This document shows, piece by piece, positions 38,252 to 47,002 of a stretch of 64,000 bases of DNA; within the stretch, counting starts at the first letter, position 1; each line of letters starts with the position of its first letter. The stretch spans positions 382-64,381 of the forward strand of contig MFBU01000009.1 in NCBI GenBank assembly GCA_001775055.1. The letters run 5' to 3'. Position numbers and translations under genes: made by a program. The notes below the pieces were generated by a model, which was not told the origin of the DNA, did not search any database, and was given only the letters and a program-made list of their open reading frames with translations. The DNA comes from Candidatus Curtissbacteria bacterium RIFCSPLOWO2_02_41_11. GTDB lineage: Bacteria; Patescibacteriota; Microgenomatia; Curtissbacterales; GWA2-41-24.

Positions 38252-38375
38252 TTTAAAATTTAAAATTTAAAATTTTTTCTACCACCTACTAACTATCTAA
38301 CTACAAACTAATCTGGGGTATCAAGGAGTCAAGGGATCAAAAAATTGCTTTTGGCTCTTTGACTTTTCGATACCG
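38252..38375. repeat. Stacked degenerate arrays upstream of rpmF (TAAAATT x3, CTACTAA-type array, decayed 9-mer hairpin)
   Basis: Read directly; 38316-38375 is gggtatcaag...tcgatacc. Confidence 0.55.
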
Positions 38376-38405
38376 GTTGGCATTATATCAGAAATAGCTT
38401 TGTCG

Positions 38406-38777
38406 TCAACTTCTTCGTCTTGATTTCCTTTTTGCCCTACGGATTGCTTCATAACTAGTACCTCCGCCGATAGTTCTGGTGCCTCCGACAGGTATTTTCT
38501 TTGGCGGGAGGAGCGGTTTGATCCCCGTGGGTACTAAGGATACAGCTTTTATGATACCTCTTTTGGAATCGTGAATTGTTGTTTCTGTCAATTGCATTCG
38601 GCATTCCGGTTGAAAACAAGATCCGGGATTAGGGATAATCATTTCGATTTCTCTAAACAGAAGCGGATCAGGAGAAATACAATCTTGTGGATTGTTGACT
38701 GGTTTTGATTCTCGACCCCTTTGAGGATATATTCGTCGCGTGTATAATTGACGTTCGTTTCTCATTTTTCCAAACAA
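38406..38777 (-). CDS. Hypothetical basic protein (start may be ATG 38765)
   Basis: ORF only. Confidence 0.45.
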   Translation of the reverse strand: MFGKMRNERQLYTRRIYPQRGRESKPVNNPQDCISPDPLLFREIEMIIPNPGSCFQPECRMQLTETTIHDSKRGIIKAVSLVPTGIKPLLPPKKIPVGGTRTIGGGTSYEAIRRAKRKSRRRS

Positions 38778-38845
38778 AAAACTGCTAAGTTTTCCCTTGC
38801 AGTTGTGGTAATCTTACTATTTTTGTGAAAAATGTGTCAACTAAG

Positions 38846-40885
38846 TCAATTTGGTTGGGCGAGTTCGGATTGGAAACGGGAGAGTTTATTAGCGAGTAAG
38901 GGGTATTTGGTAAGCTGCCAATCTTCTTCGATAAGTTTTTTGGCCTCACTTTGGGCCTGGCTGATCATTTTTTGATCGGAAAGATCGGCGATTTTGAGAT
39001 TGACAAAGCCGGATTGTTTAAGGCCGAAAACTTCGCCAGGGCCGCGCATTTTAAGATCGATTTCAGCAAGTTCAAAACCAACGTGGATTTTTTCCATGCT
39101 TTTTAAGCGCCTGAGAGAGTTTTCGGCGCGTGAATCGGTAAAGAGAAGACAATATGACTGATATTTACCCCTACCGACTCTTCCGCGCAACTGATGGAGT
39201 TGGGCCAGCCCAAAGCGTTCTGCTGATTCAATCATCATAACAACCGCATTGGGTACATCAATACCGACTTCAACAACGGGTGTGGCAACTAGAATGTCGA
39301 TCTTACCCTCTCTGAACTCTTTGATGATTTTCTCTTTCTCTTTTGATTTGAGACGACCATGCAAAAGTCCTAGTTTAATTTTTGAAGAGAACTTAGTCTT
39401 TAACTTTTCAAATTCATCGGTGGCAGCTTTCACAGAAAGCATTGTTTCTGAAGGTTCAACAAAAGGGGTAATGATAAAAGCCTGTCGTTTGTTTGCAATT
39501 TGCTTTTCGATAAATTTATAGGCGTCGGCTCTTTTGTAATTTGGGACAACATATGTTGCGATTTTTTGACGGCCGGCGGGCATTTCATCAAGAACAGAAA
39601 GATCAAGATCTCCATACAAGGTTAAGGCGAGTGTTCTGGGAATAGGTGTGGCTGTCATTGTTAGAAGATGAGGGGTTAGATCTTTTGCTTGACCAAGAAA
39701 AAGTTTGGCCCTTTGGGCAACTCCAAAGCGATGTTGTTCGTCGACAACGACTAAGCCGATTTGTCTTTCATCTTTATAGCTTAAGAGAAGGGCATGAGTA
39801 CCACAGGTGATGTGACCTTTGATTTTTTTACTGCCTGTCCAGATACCGACTTTCATGCCTAAAGGCGAAAGAATATCCTCAAGGGTTTTTTGGTGCTGGA
39901 ATGCCAGTATTTCCGTAGGTGCGGCCAAAAGCGTATCAAAACCGTTTAAATAAGCGACATAAGCGGCAATGGCGGCAACCACTGTTTTTCCAGAGCCGAC
40001 GTCTCCTTCCAAAAGGCGATTAGTTGGAATTTCCCTTTGCATATCGGAAAGAATTTCTTTGGTTGCTTTTAACTGGGCTGAAGTTAGCTTAAAGGGAAGT
40101 TTTTTTACAAAATTATTGATTTTTGGTATATCAATTTTCATTTTGTGAGCAATTTTAGTCTCTTGCCGATCTTTTTTTCGCATCAGTGCCAAAAACTGAA
40201 GTAAAAAAAGCTCGTCAAAAGAAAGCCTGTGTCTTGCCCTTTCAACCTCTTGATAATTTTTAGGAAAGTGGATTTTATAAAGTGCTTCTTTTAAATCCAA
40301 AAATTTTTGGTGAGGTACGATCTTGTTGGGTATAAAATCCTTGACTGATTTTAGGTAAGAGGGAAAAATTTGAGCGATCTTGGCACGGATCCATTTTGAG
40401 GAGACTCCTTCGGTTTCCGGATAAATTGGAACCAATCGACCGGTGTGCAAGGTTGAATTTTCCATTTTCAAATTTGAATGTCTGATTATTTCATATGCAG
40501 GTGAGATGAGTTGAAGATGGTTGCCCTTAATCTCAACTTTTCCAGAGAGCGATATTTGCATGCCGGATTTGATGTTTTTGGTTAAAAAAGGTTGATTGAA
40601 CCAGATAATATCAATAGCCCCTGATTGATCGGCAACAGTAGCAGTAGTTACGAATTTGCCTCTTGGAGTTCTGATATTTTTTATTTGCCAGACGACTCCA
40701 TGGACACTTAGTTTTTCGCCAGGTGCTACATTTTGGATTTTTTCAATCTTTGAAAAATCGTCGTAACGAAACGGTAAATGATAGATTAAATCCTCAACTG
40801 TTTTAATCTCAAGCCTTCTTAATTTTTGGGAAAAGTACCTACCGATGCCTGGTAATTTTTCAATTGGAGTTTGTGGATTCATCAT
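38846..40885 (-). CDS. recG: ATP-dependent DNA helicase RecG
   Basis: GDVGSGKT, DEQHRFGV, MTATPIPRTL, QLRGRVGRG and DLKMRGPGE motifs. Confidence 0.98.
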   Translation of the reverse strand: MMNPQTPIEKLPGIGRYFSQKLRRLEIKTVEDLIYHLPFRYDDFSKIEKIQNVAPGEKLSVHGVVWQIKNIRTPRGKFVTTATVADQSGAIDIIWFNQPFLTKNIKSGMQISLSGKVEIKGNHLQLISPAYEIIRHSNLKMENSTLHTGRLVPIYPETEGVSSKWIRAKIAQIFPSYLKSVKDFIPNKIVPHQKFLDLKEALYKIHFPKNYQEVERARHRLSFDELFLLQFLALMRKKDRQETKIAHKMKIDIPKINNFVKKLPFKLTSAQLKATKEILSDMQREIPTNRLLEGDVGSGKTVVAAIAAYVAYLNGFDTLLAAPTEILAFQHQKTLEDILSPLGMKVGIWTGSKKIKGHITCGTHALLLSYKDERQIGLVVVDEQHRFGVAQRAKLFLGQAKDLTPHLLTMTATPIPRTLALTLYGDLDLSVLDEMPAGRQKIATYVVPNYKRADAYKFIEKQIANKRQAFIITPFVEPSETMLSVKAATDEFEKLKTKFSSKIKLGLLHGRLKSKEKEKIIKEFREGKIDILVATPVVEVGIDVPNAVVMMIESAERFGLAQLHQLRGRVGRGKYQSYCLLFTDSRAENSLRRLKSMEKIHVGFELAEIDLKMRGPGEVFGLKQSGFVNLKIADLSDQKMISQAQSEAKKLIEEDWQLTKYPLLANKLSRFQSELAQPN

Positions 40886-40890
40886 GATAA

Positions 40891-40987
40891 GAGTATCACG
40901 AGTTTCAAGTGAATCAAGAGCATCAAAAGCTTTTTGATTAATTATAGCCAGTGGTACCCGTGGTGTTTTTGGAGTTCGTATTGCTTT
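40891..40987 (-). repeat. 9-mer hairpin element upstream of recG
   Basis: gagtatcac gagtttcaa gtgaatcaa gagcatcaa aagctttttg...gtggtaccc gtggtgttt ttggagttc gtattgctt. Confidence 0.8.
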
Positions 40988-40990
40988 TAT

Positions 40991-41107
40991 TTAATTAAAT
41001 CCGTACAAAAGATAGATAGCAAATTGGCCAATAATAAAGCTTAAGCCGGCAATAACAATAATGGCAATCCAGATTTTTTTAAGATAAGAGCGTTTGAATA
41101 ATTTCAT
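40991..41107 (-). CDS. 38-aa single-TM protein (below the ORF-track cutoff)
   Basis: MKLFKRSYLKKIWIAIIVIAGLSFIIGQFAIYLLYGFN*; ATGA overlap with the tyrS stop. Confidence 0.65.
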   Translation of the reverse strand: MKLFKRSYLKKIWIAIIVIAGLSFIIGQFAIYLLYGFN

Positions 41108-42306
41108 TTTTCTTCCTTTTCAAGTTTAACAATATTTATGCCCTTTTTGACGTATATATCACTCTCAAAGGGTGCTTTGGGGTTTGTTATCGGCTTAAAC
41201 GGTTCTTGGAGACTCGTAGTCCCGCTAAGTCCGCTTTGGTTTATCAATTGCTTCGTTTGAGAAATACTGCTACTAACTCCAGAACTTACTATTGCTTCCG
41301 AAATTGTTGCACCCGATGCCCTAACAGTTGGAATAAAAGTAGGGAGTTCTTTTTTTTGAACAACTTTTTCAAATTCTTCTTGCGTCCTTTGGGCCGTGAT
41401 TTGACCATCGAGTTGTTTGACTACCTCAAATGCCAGCGTCTTTTTGAATTGTAGCGGATTCTGGCCGCGCTGGATTGCGTTTTTCGCGGATTTAATCTCT
41501 TCATGGGGTACATTGGTTAAACATTCAAGACCTTTGACTATAACATCATCGGGGACATTCATGATGGCTCCGAATATTTTTTGAGGAGTGTCTGTCAGCG
41601 CAATCGCATTTCCTTCTGTTTTGCCTATCTTGTTCCCTTGACTGTCAACTAGAAGTTGGGTTGTCATCACAAATTTGTTTTTGTGTTTCATCTTATGCAT
41701 TAAATCCCTTCCTATCATCATATTGAACAATTGATCACGGCCGCCCACCTCGACATCAACGTCCATGGCGACAGAGTCATAACCCTGCATGATTGGGTAA
41801 GTAATTTCATTGAATGAGATGTCTTCGTCTTTTTCGAGCCTTTTTTTAAACATTCCTCTTTTAATAATTTGTTGATAGGTGACCTGTGAGTATAAATTTA
41901 AAATTTCCGGGACAGAAAGTTTTTCCAGCCACTCGCTGTTAAACTTAATTTTGACTGGATTCTTGCCTGAAAAATCTAAAATTTTTCCTGCCTGTTCTTG
42001 GTATGTTTTCGCGTTTTCTTCTACGGTCTTTTTAGACAGAAGCGGCCTAGTTTTTTCCCTACCGGTCGGGTCGCCGATTCTTCCGGTAAAATCACCGATT
42101 AAGAAAATGACTTCGTGACCAAGGTCTTGCCACTCTCTAAGTTTTCGCAGCCCAATCATATGGCCGATATGCAAAAGTGGTGATGACGGATCAAATCCCT
42201 GGTAAACGCGTAGCTTCTTACTGGTTCTTAAAACATTTCTAAGCTTCTGTTTTGAGGGAATGACTTGGTCTACCCCCCTGTTTAACAATTCCTCAATTTT
42301 ATCCAT
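41104..42306 (-). CDS. tyrS: Tyrosine--tRNA ligase
   Basis: GFDPSS..LHIGH, YPIMQGYDS, GGRDQLFN; KMSKS-like KIGKT. Confidence 0.97.
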   Translation of the reverse strand: MDKIEELLNRGVDQVIPSKQKLRNVLRTSKKLRVYQGFDPSSPLLHIGHMIGLRKLREWQDLGHEVIFLIGDFTGRIGDPTGREKTRPLLSKKTVEENAKTYQEQAGKILDFSGKNPVKIKFNSEWLEKLSVPEILNLYSQVTYQQIIKRGMFKKRLEKDEDISFNEITYPIMQGYDSVAMDVDVEVGGRDQLFNMMIGRDLMHKMKHKNKFVMTTQLLVDSQGNKIGKTEGNAIALTDTPQKIFGAIMNVPDDVIVKGLECLTNVPHEEIKSAKNAIQRGQNPLQFKKTLAFEVVKQLDGQITAQRTQEEFEKVVQKKELPTFIPTVRASGATISEAIVSSGVSSSISQTKQLINQSGLSGTTSLQEPFKPITNPKAPFESDIYVKKGINIVKLEKEEK

Positions 42307-42374
42307 GTCTGAATCTTAGCTTGTTTTAGACTTTATATCAACGCTTTGTAAAAATTAAAATGTGATTGGGGAAA

Positions 42375-43463
42375 TTATTTTCTTTTTTGGACTTTGACTA
42401 CTTGAAAACCTTGTTCTCTCAGGTTGATGATTGTTTGATCGATTGCTGCTTGAGGAGTACCGCGGTCTTGGCCAAACATAAACTTGACGCCCCCATCTGG
42501 TGTATGTGAATCGGCTGCTGTTAAATTAATCCCATTTTGGGCAAAAACTCCCGTAATTTGATGGAGGACACCAGGCTGGTCTATTGGTCCAAGTACCCGA
42601 ATCGATTGAATTCTCAAGTTAGCCATTCTTTCAAGGATTATGGTGGTACTTTCGGTCATTTCACTGGCCATGTTGTCTTTGTTTAGTGCATCGAATGTTT
42701 GCTTTAACATTGCTGCAAGTTTTTCCTCGTCTGGCGCTTGGGTTATTTCTTGGAGACTTGATATTAGGAGATGGACTATTTTTCTTCCATCCTCATCTTC
42801 TAGGTAGTTTTGGATAATATTTGCTGATATGTTTGGGTCTTGGATTAGAGTTCTCCAAGTGCTCAAGAAAAATAGTTCGGCATTGGCTGGTGCTAAATCC
42901 CAGAGCTCGCGCGGGCTGTCTCCTAATTTTTCAAGTACTCTACCAACTGTTCTCATTACCAAATGAGGGAGCAGTTGTTCCCTGATCATTCTTCGGTCAT
43001 GTTCTTCAAGGGAATGGTCAATGATTATCATGCCGGAGGTATCATAAAAATCTTCAGCAAAAAGTCTAGCTGGTTTTGAATTTTTCCCAACATCCATTAC
43101 TACTACCTTTTGACCTCTGGGAGGCAGATCATGGCGCGCTAAAGGGTGGATTGAGCAAACGCTTACCCCACGTGCATCAAGTCCCTGTAAGACTGGAATT
43201 ATTCTTCTTTTAATGGTGGTATTGTCCAGTACTCTTTGGTCTTCCCTAATCTTTTGCCCATGTTTTTCGAGGACTTCAAGTAAATCTTTTGGGAATAACG
43301 AAAAATAGATGACAGTTGCCCATGCAATGGCTTCTTCTGGATCTATTTGAATTTCGGCACGTGGGTCAACAACTTTTGTTTCGTGACCTTGCTTTTGAGC
43401 TTCGTTATTAGTGCGGTTGCCCATATTGCCGGCACCGCCAAAAATTACAATTCGTTCAGTCAT
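42375..43463 (-). CDS. Prephenate/arogenate dehydrogenase-like protein with C-terminal ACT domain
   Basis: IFGGAGNMG, D.TTIK, SIHPL, EEHDRRM...Q.LPH; ACT motif DQPGVLHQITGVFAQNGINL. Confidence 0.75.
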   Translation of the reverse strand: MTERIVIFGGAGNMGNRTNNEAQKQGHETKVVDPRAEIQIDPEEAIAWATVIYFSLFPKDLLEVLEKHGQKIREDQRVLDNTTIKRRIIPVLQGLDARGVSVCSIHPLARHDLPPRGQKVVVMDVGKNSKPARLFAEDFYDTSGMIIIDHSLEEHDRRMIREQLLPHLVMRTVGRVLEKLGDSPRELWDLAPANAELFFLSTWRTLIQDPNISANIIQNYLEDEDGRKIVHLLISSLQEITQAPDEEKLAAMLKQTFDALNKDNMASEMTESTTIILERMANLRIQSIRVLGPIDQPGVLHQITGVFAQNGINLTAADSHTPDGGVKFMFGQDRGTPQAAIDQTIINLREQGFQVVKVQKRK

Positions 43464-43509
43464 AGCTAAATTGTGCCTTATAGTTTATCACGGGTGTCAA
43501 GAAATGCAA

Positions 43510-43568
43510 AATCCGAAGGTGTCAAGCTACTTCACCCTTGGGGTGAATTAGGTTTACACCTGCGGATT
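43510..43568. repeat. REP-like 59-nt hairpin on the left of the RAYT gene
   Basis: aatccgaaggtgtcaagcta-c-ttcaccc-ttg-gggtgaa-t-taggtttacacctgcggatt. Confidence 0.85.
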
Positions 43569-44214
43569 ATTTAGGTAAATCAAGTGTTTGATGCTTGATT
43601 CTTTCGAGCTCCTTTCCGTAATTTTCTTGATCAAGGACGAATTGTTTATACTTTTGTGATGATTTAAATTGTTTGACGATTATGTCTTTTGAGCAAACTG
43701 AGGTTTTGTTTATACCAATGTACTCCAAATAAGAGGACAGTGGGTATAATTCTAAATTGTCTGTTAAATAACTGACAAGCGGATTAAGATGAATGTATCT
43801 TGACAGGTGAACAAGTTGTTCATTAGTTTCAACGAGGACCGATTTAAACTCCCCTTGCAGTATGGGTCCTGCCCTTTCATTTTTGGTGTTAAAGTATTTG
43901 GTGTAGCTATTGCTAATCTTGCTGGTAAATTCCGTGATACCGCCATTAACTTTTTGCTGAAGTAGAAAATGGAAATGATTAGGCATTAGACAGTAGCAGA
44001 CTAATTCAACAATTTTATTGTGTGTATCCAACTTATTATTATCAGGGTTAAAAATAGAGAATTTTGGCTTGGGTCCTTTAAGCTGATAATAAAGAAATGT
44101 TTTGATGAATCTTTTGTAGTCCCATTTGTCATTGAATATTGGCATATGAGCCACGCCTCTATTGAAGATATGGTAAAAATGGTTATTGACGAAAGGAATA
44201 ATCCTTGATGGCAT
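43567..44214 (-). mobile_element. REP-associated tyrosine transposase (RAYT, Y1 HUH family)
   Basis: YHIFNRG, YCLMPNHFH (HUH), YIHLNP (catalytic Tyr) and Y..SSY motifs; flanked by related hairpins. Confidence 0.88.
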
Positions 44215-44247
44215 TGTTTTTAGGATTTGAGGCTAATAAATCATATA

Positions 44248-44309
44248 AATCCGCAGGTGTCAAGTTGAATCACCCTTGGGGTGGATTCCGTTGGCACCTT
44301 GGGCAGATT
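44248..44309. repeat. REP-like hairpin on the right of the RAYT gene
   Basis: aatccgcaggtgtcaagttgaatcacccttggggtggattccgttggcacctt; direct-repeat relative of 43510-43568. Confidence 0.8.
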
Positions 44310-44435
44310 CTGTTTTATTGTTAGAAAAATGGAAGTACAAAAGTTATATTTTCCTTGTTTGTTGCGAAAAAGCGATGTATCTCAACTTTTCTTGGAGCAA
44401 AATTAAGTTATAATATCCGTTAGGCCTAAAAGTTT

Positions 44436-46997
44436 ATGAAGTTTTCAGCATATCGACCGGGGGGCCGCAAGTTTTCATCAAGACTTGCCAAACTTTCCTC
44501 CCGAACTTCTTCTCATCCGTTCTTGCGCCAAGGAAGTTTTAACAAGCGGCGGTTTTGGATTCGTTTTTTTGGCTTAGTTTCAACTCTTGTCTTCTTTTCA
44601 TTAATCGGCCTAGTTATTTTTACCATTTTTTCGTTTATAGTATTTGCCAAAGATTTGCCCTCACCGTACAAATTAACAACCAGAGATGCTTCTCTTTCGA
44701 CCAAAATTTATGACCGAAACGGTAAGCTTCTATACGATATTTTCGGTGAGAAAAATCGCGCACTGGTTAACTGGAATAATTTACCGCCTTATGTAAAGCA
44801 AGCGACAATTTCCATTGAGGATAAGGATTTCTATAAACATCGGGGATTTTCCTTTTTGGGTATTTTTAGGGCTTTTTTTAATATTTTAATTTTCCATAAA
44901 CTGCAGGGAGGTTCGACCATAACCCAGCAGGTTGTCAAAAATACCCTGCTTTCACCAGAGCGCACTCTGACTCGCAAAATTAAGGAATTTATTCTCTCCA
45001 TTCAGGTTGAGCGTAAATACACCAAAGATGAGATTTTACAAATTTATTTAAATGAGGTTCCTTACGGCGGTACTGCTTGGGGGATCGAAGCGGCTGCCCA
45101 AGCTTATTTTAACAAAGAGGCCAAGGATTTAACCTTACCAGAAGCGATAATTTTAGCGGGTATGCCGCAGCGACCATCATATTATTCGCCTTTTGGATCA
45201 AATCCTAAAGCATATATTAGTCGGGCCGAAGATGTCGCCAGAAGGATGCGGGAAGATGATTATATTTCCCGTGATCAGCAAGATCAGCTCAAAAAGCAAG
45301 TAACGGATGTTAAATTTTCAGCTAACGAGCAGGGTATCCGTGCTCCCCATTTTGTCTTTTATGTCCGTGATCTTTTGGCAGAAAGATACGGTGAGAAATT
45401 TTTAGAGCAGGGCGGTCTTAAAGTAACGACTTCACTTGATCTTGACTTGCAGGAAAAAGTTCAAAAAATCGTGACTGAAGAGGTTGCTAAAGTTGCCGAT
45501 CTTCGTGTCGGCAACGGTGCGGCAGTAGTCATCGATCCTGCGAATGCCGAAGTTTTGGCTATGATCGGCTCCAAGGATTATTTTGCCAAAGAGTACGATG
45601 GACAAGTTAATGTAACAATGTCTCTTCGCCAGCCGGGTTCGGCACTAAAACCTTTTACTTATGCTACGGCTTTTAAGGCCGGTTACACGCCTTCCTACGT
45701 TTTAATGGATGTAGCGACTGAGTTTCCCGGAGGCGCCGGTCAACCGTTCTATAAACCGGTCAATTACGACGGAAAATACCGCGGGCCGGTCCAAATCCGC
45801 TTTGCTCTGGGTAATTCGATCAATATCGCGGCTGTTAAAATGACAGCTTTGGTCGGTATTAAAAACATGCTGCGGACTGCCTATGAGGCCGGACTTAAGT
45901 CATTGGAGCCAACCGACGAAAATCTTAAACGATTCGGTCTTTCAATTACCCTTGGAGGTGGTGAAGTTAGGCTTTTGGATCTAACTTCCGGCTATGCCAC
46001 TTTGGCAAATCGCGGCAAATACCTCGAGCCTGCTGCCATTTTAAAAGTTGAGGACAAAAACGGGAAAGTGCTTGAGGAGGTTAAGGATAGACGCGCCAAG
46101 CAGGTTATTGATGAGGATATTACTTTTTTGATTTCGCACATTCTTTCCGACAACAACGCCAGAAGTCTGGTTTTTGGCCCTTCTTCACTTTTAAACATTG
46201 GGGGGAAAACAGTTGCCGTTAAAACCGGAACTACCGATGACAAACGCGATAACTGGGCTGTTGGCTACACGCCGTCGGTAGTGGTTGGCACCTGGGTTGG
46301 CAACAATGATAATTCAGAGATGGATCAAAAAGTTTCCTCAGGTGTAACCGGTGCGACGCCGATTTGGAATCGGGTGATGTCAGAAATTTTAAAAAATAAG
46401 AGTGCGGAAAATTTTGCTAAACCCGATAATGTTACTGCTTTGGAAATTGACGCTCTTGGAGGTGGACTCCCCTGCCGGGATTATCCAAAAAGAAGCGAGT
46501 ATTTCATTCGCGGAACCGAGCCTACCCGCGATTGCTTAGTAGAAAAGACTTTAGACGGTAAAGAATATTTTGTTTTTGTCGAGTTTGATCCGGTTTCAAC
46601 TGATGGTAAAAATCGCTGGCAGGAAGGTATTGACGCTTGGTCGCAGAGCCAGTCAGATCCGAAGTACAAACCGCCGAGTGAACTTAAAAACGAGCCAACT
46701 AAAAATCCGGATGAAATAACAGTTAATATTAAAAAACCTTCTGACCATGATCAAGTCGATTATACTTTTGAGACTGAGGTAGAGGTTTCAACCGGCCGTA
46801 AAGTAACTAAAATCGAGTTTTACATAGACGGATCAATTAGGGATACCAAGACTTCTGATGCTTCCTATAAGTTTAATTTCACTTTTGCTGAGGCTAACAA
46901 GGGTAAGCATAAGATAAAAGCGAAAGCTTATAACGAAGCGGGGCGCGACGCCGAAAGGGAGATTACCGTTTCCGTCGGACAGCCTTGGACTGACTAG
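44436..46997 (+). CDS. Class A penicillin-binding protein with C-terminal Ig-like domain
   Basis: EDKDFYKH, GGSTITQQVVKN, RKIKE; SxxK (SALK), SxN (SIN) and KTG motifs. Confidence 0.95.
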   Translation: MKFSAYRPGGRKFSSRLAKLSSRTSSHPFLRQGSFNKRRFWIRFFGLVSTLVFFSLIGLVIFTIFSFIVFAKDLPSPYKLTTRDASLSTKIYDRNGKLLYDIFGEKNRALVNWNNLPPYVKQATISIEDKDFYKHRGFSFLGIFRAFFNILIFHKLQGGSTITQQVVKNTLLSPERTLTRKIKEFILSIQVERKYTKDEILQIYLNEVPYGGTAWGIEAAAQAYFNKEAKDLTLPEAIILAGMPQRPSYYSPFGSNPKAYISRAEDVARRMREDDYISRDQQDQLKKQVTDVKFSANEQGIRAPHFVFYVRDLLAERYGEKFLEQGGLKVTTSLDLDLQEKVQKIVTEEVAKVADLRVGNGAAVVIDPANAEVLAMIGSKDYFAKEYDGQVNVTMSLRQPGSALKPFTYATAFKAGYTPSYVLMDVATEFPGGAGQPFYKPVNYDGKYRGPVQIRFALGNSINIAAVKMTALVGIKNMLRTAYEAGLKSLEPTDENLKRFGLSITLGGGEVRLLDLTSGYATLANRGKYLEPAAILKVEDKNGKVLEEVKDRRAKQVIDEDITFLISHILSDNNARSLVFGPSSLLNIGGKTVAVKTGTTDDKRDNWAVGYTPSVVVGTWVGNNDNSEMDQKVSSGVTGATPIWNRVMSEILKNKSAENFAKPDNVTALEIDALGGGLPCRDYPKRSEYFIRGTEPTRDCLVEKTLDGKEYFVFVEFDPVSTDGKNRWQEGIDAWSQSQSDPKYKPPSELKNEPTKNPDEITVNIKKPSDHDQVDYTFETEVEVSTGRKVTKIEFYIDGSIRDTKTSDASYKFNFTFAEANKGKHKIKAKAYNEAGRDAEREITVSVGQPWTD

Positions 46998-47002
46998 CTA
47001 AT

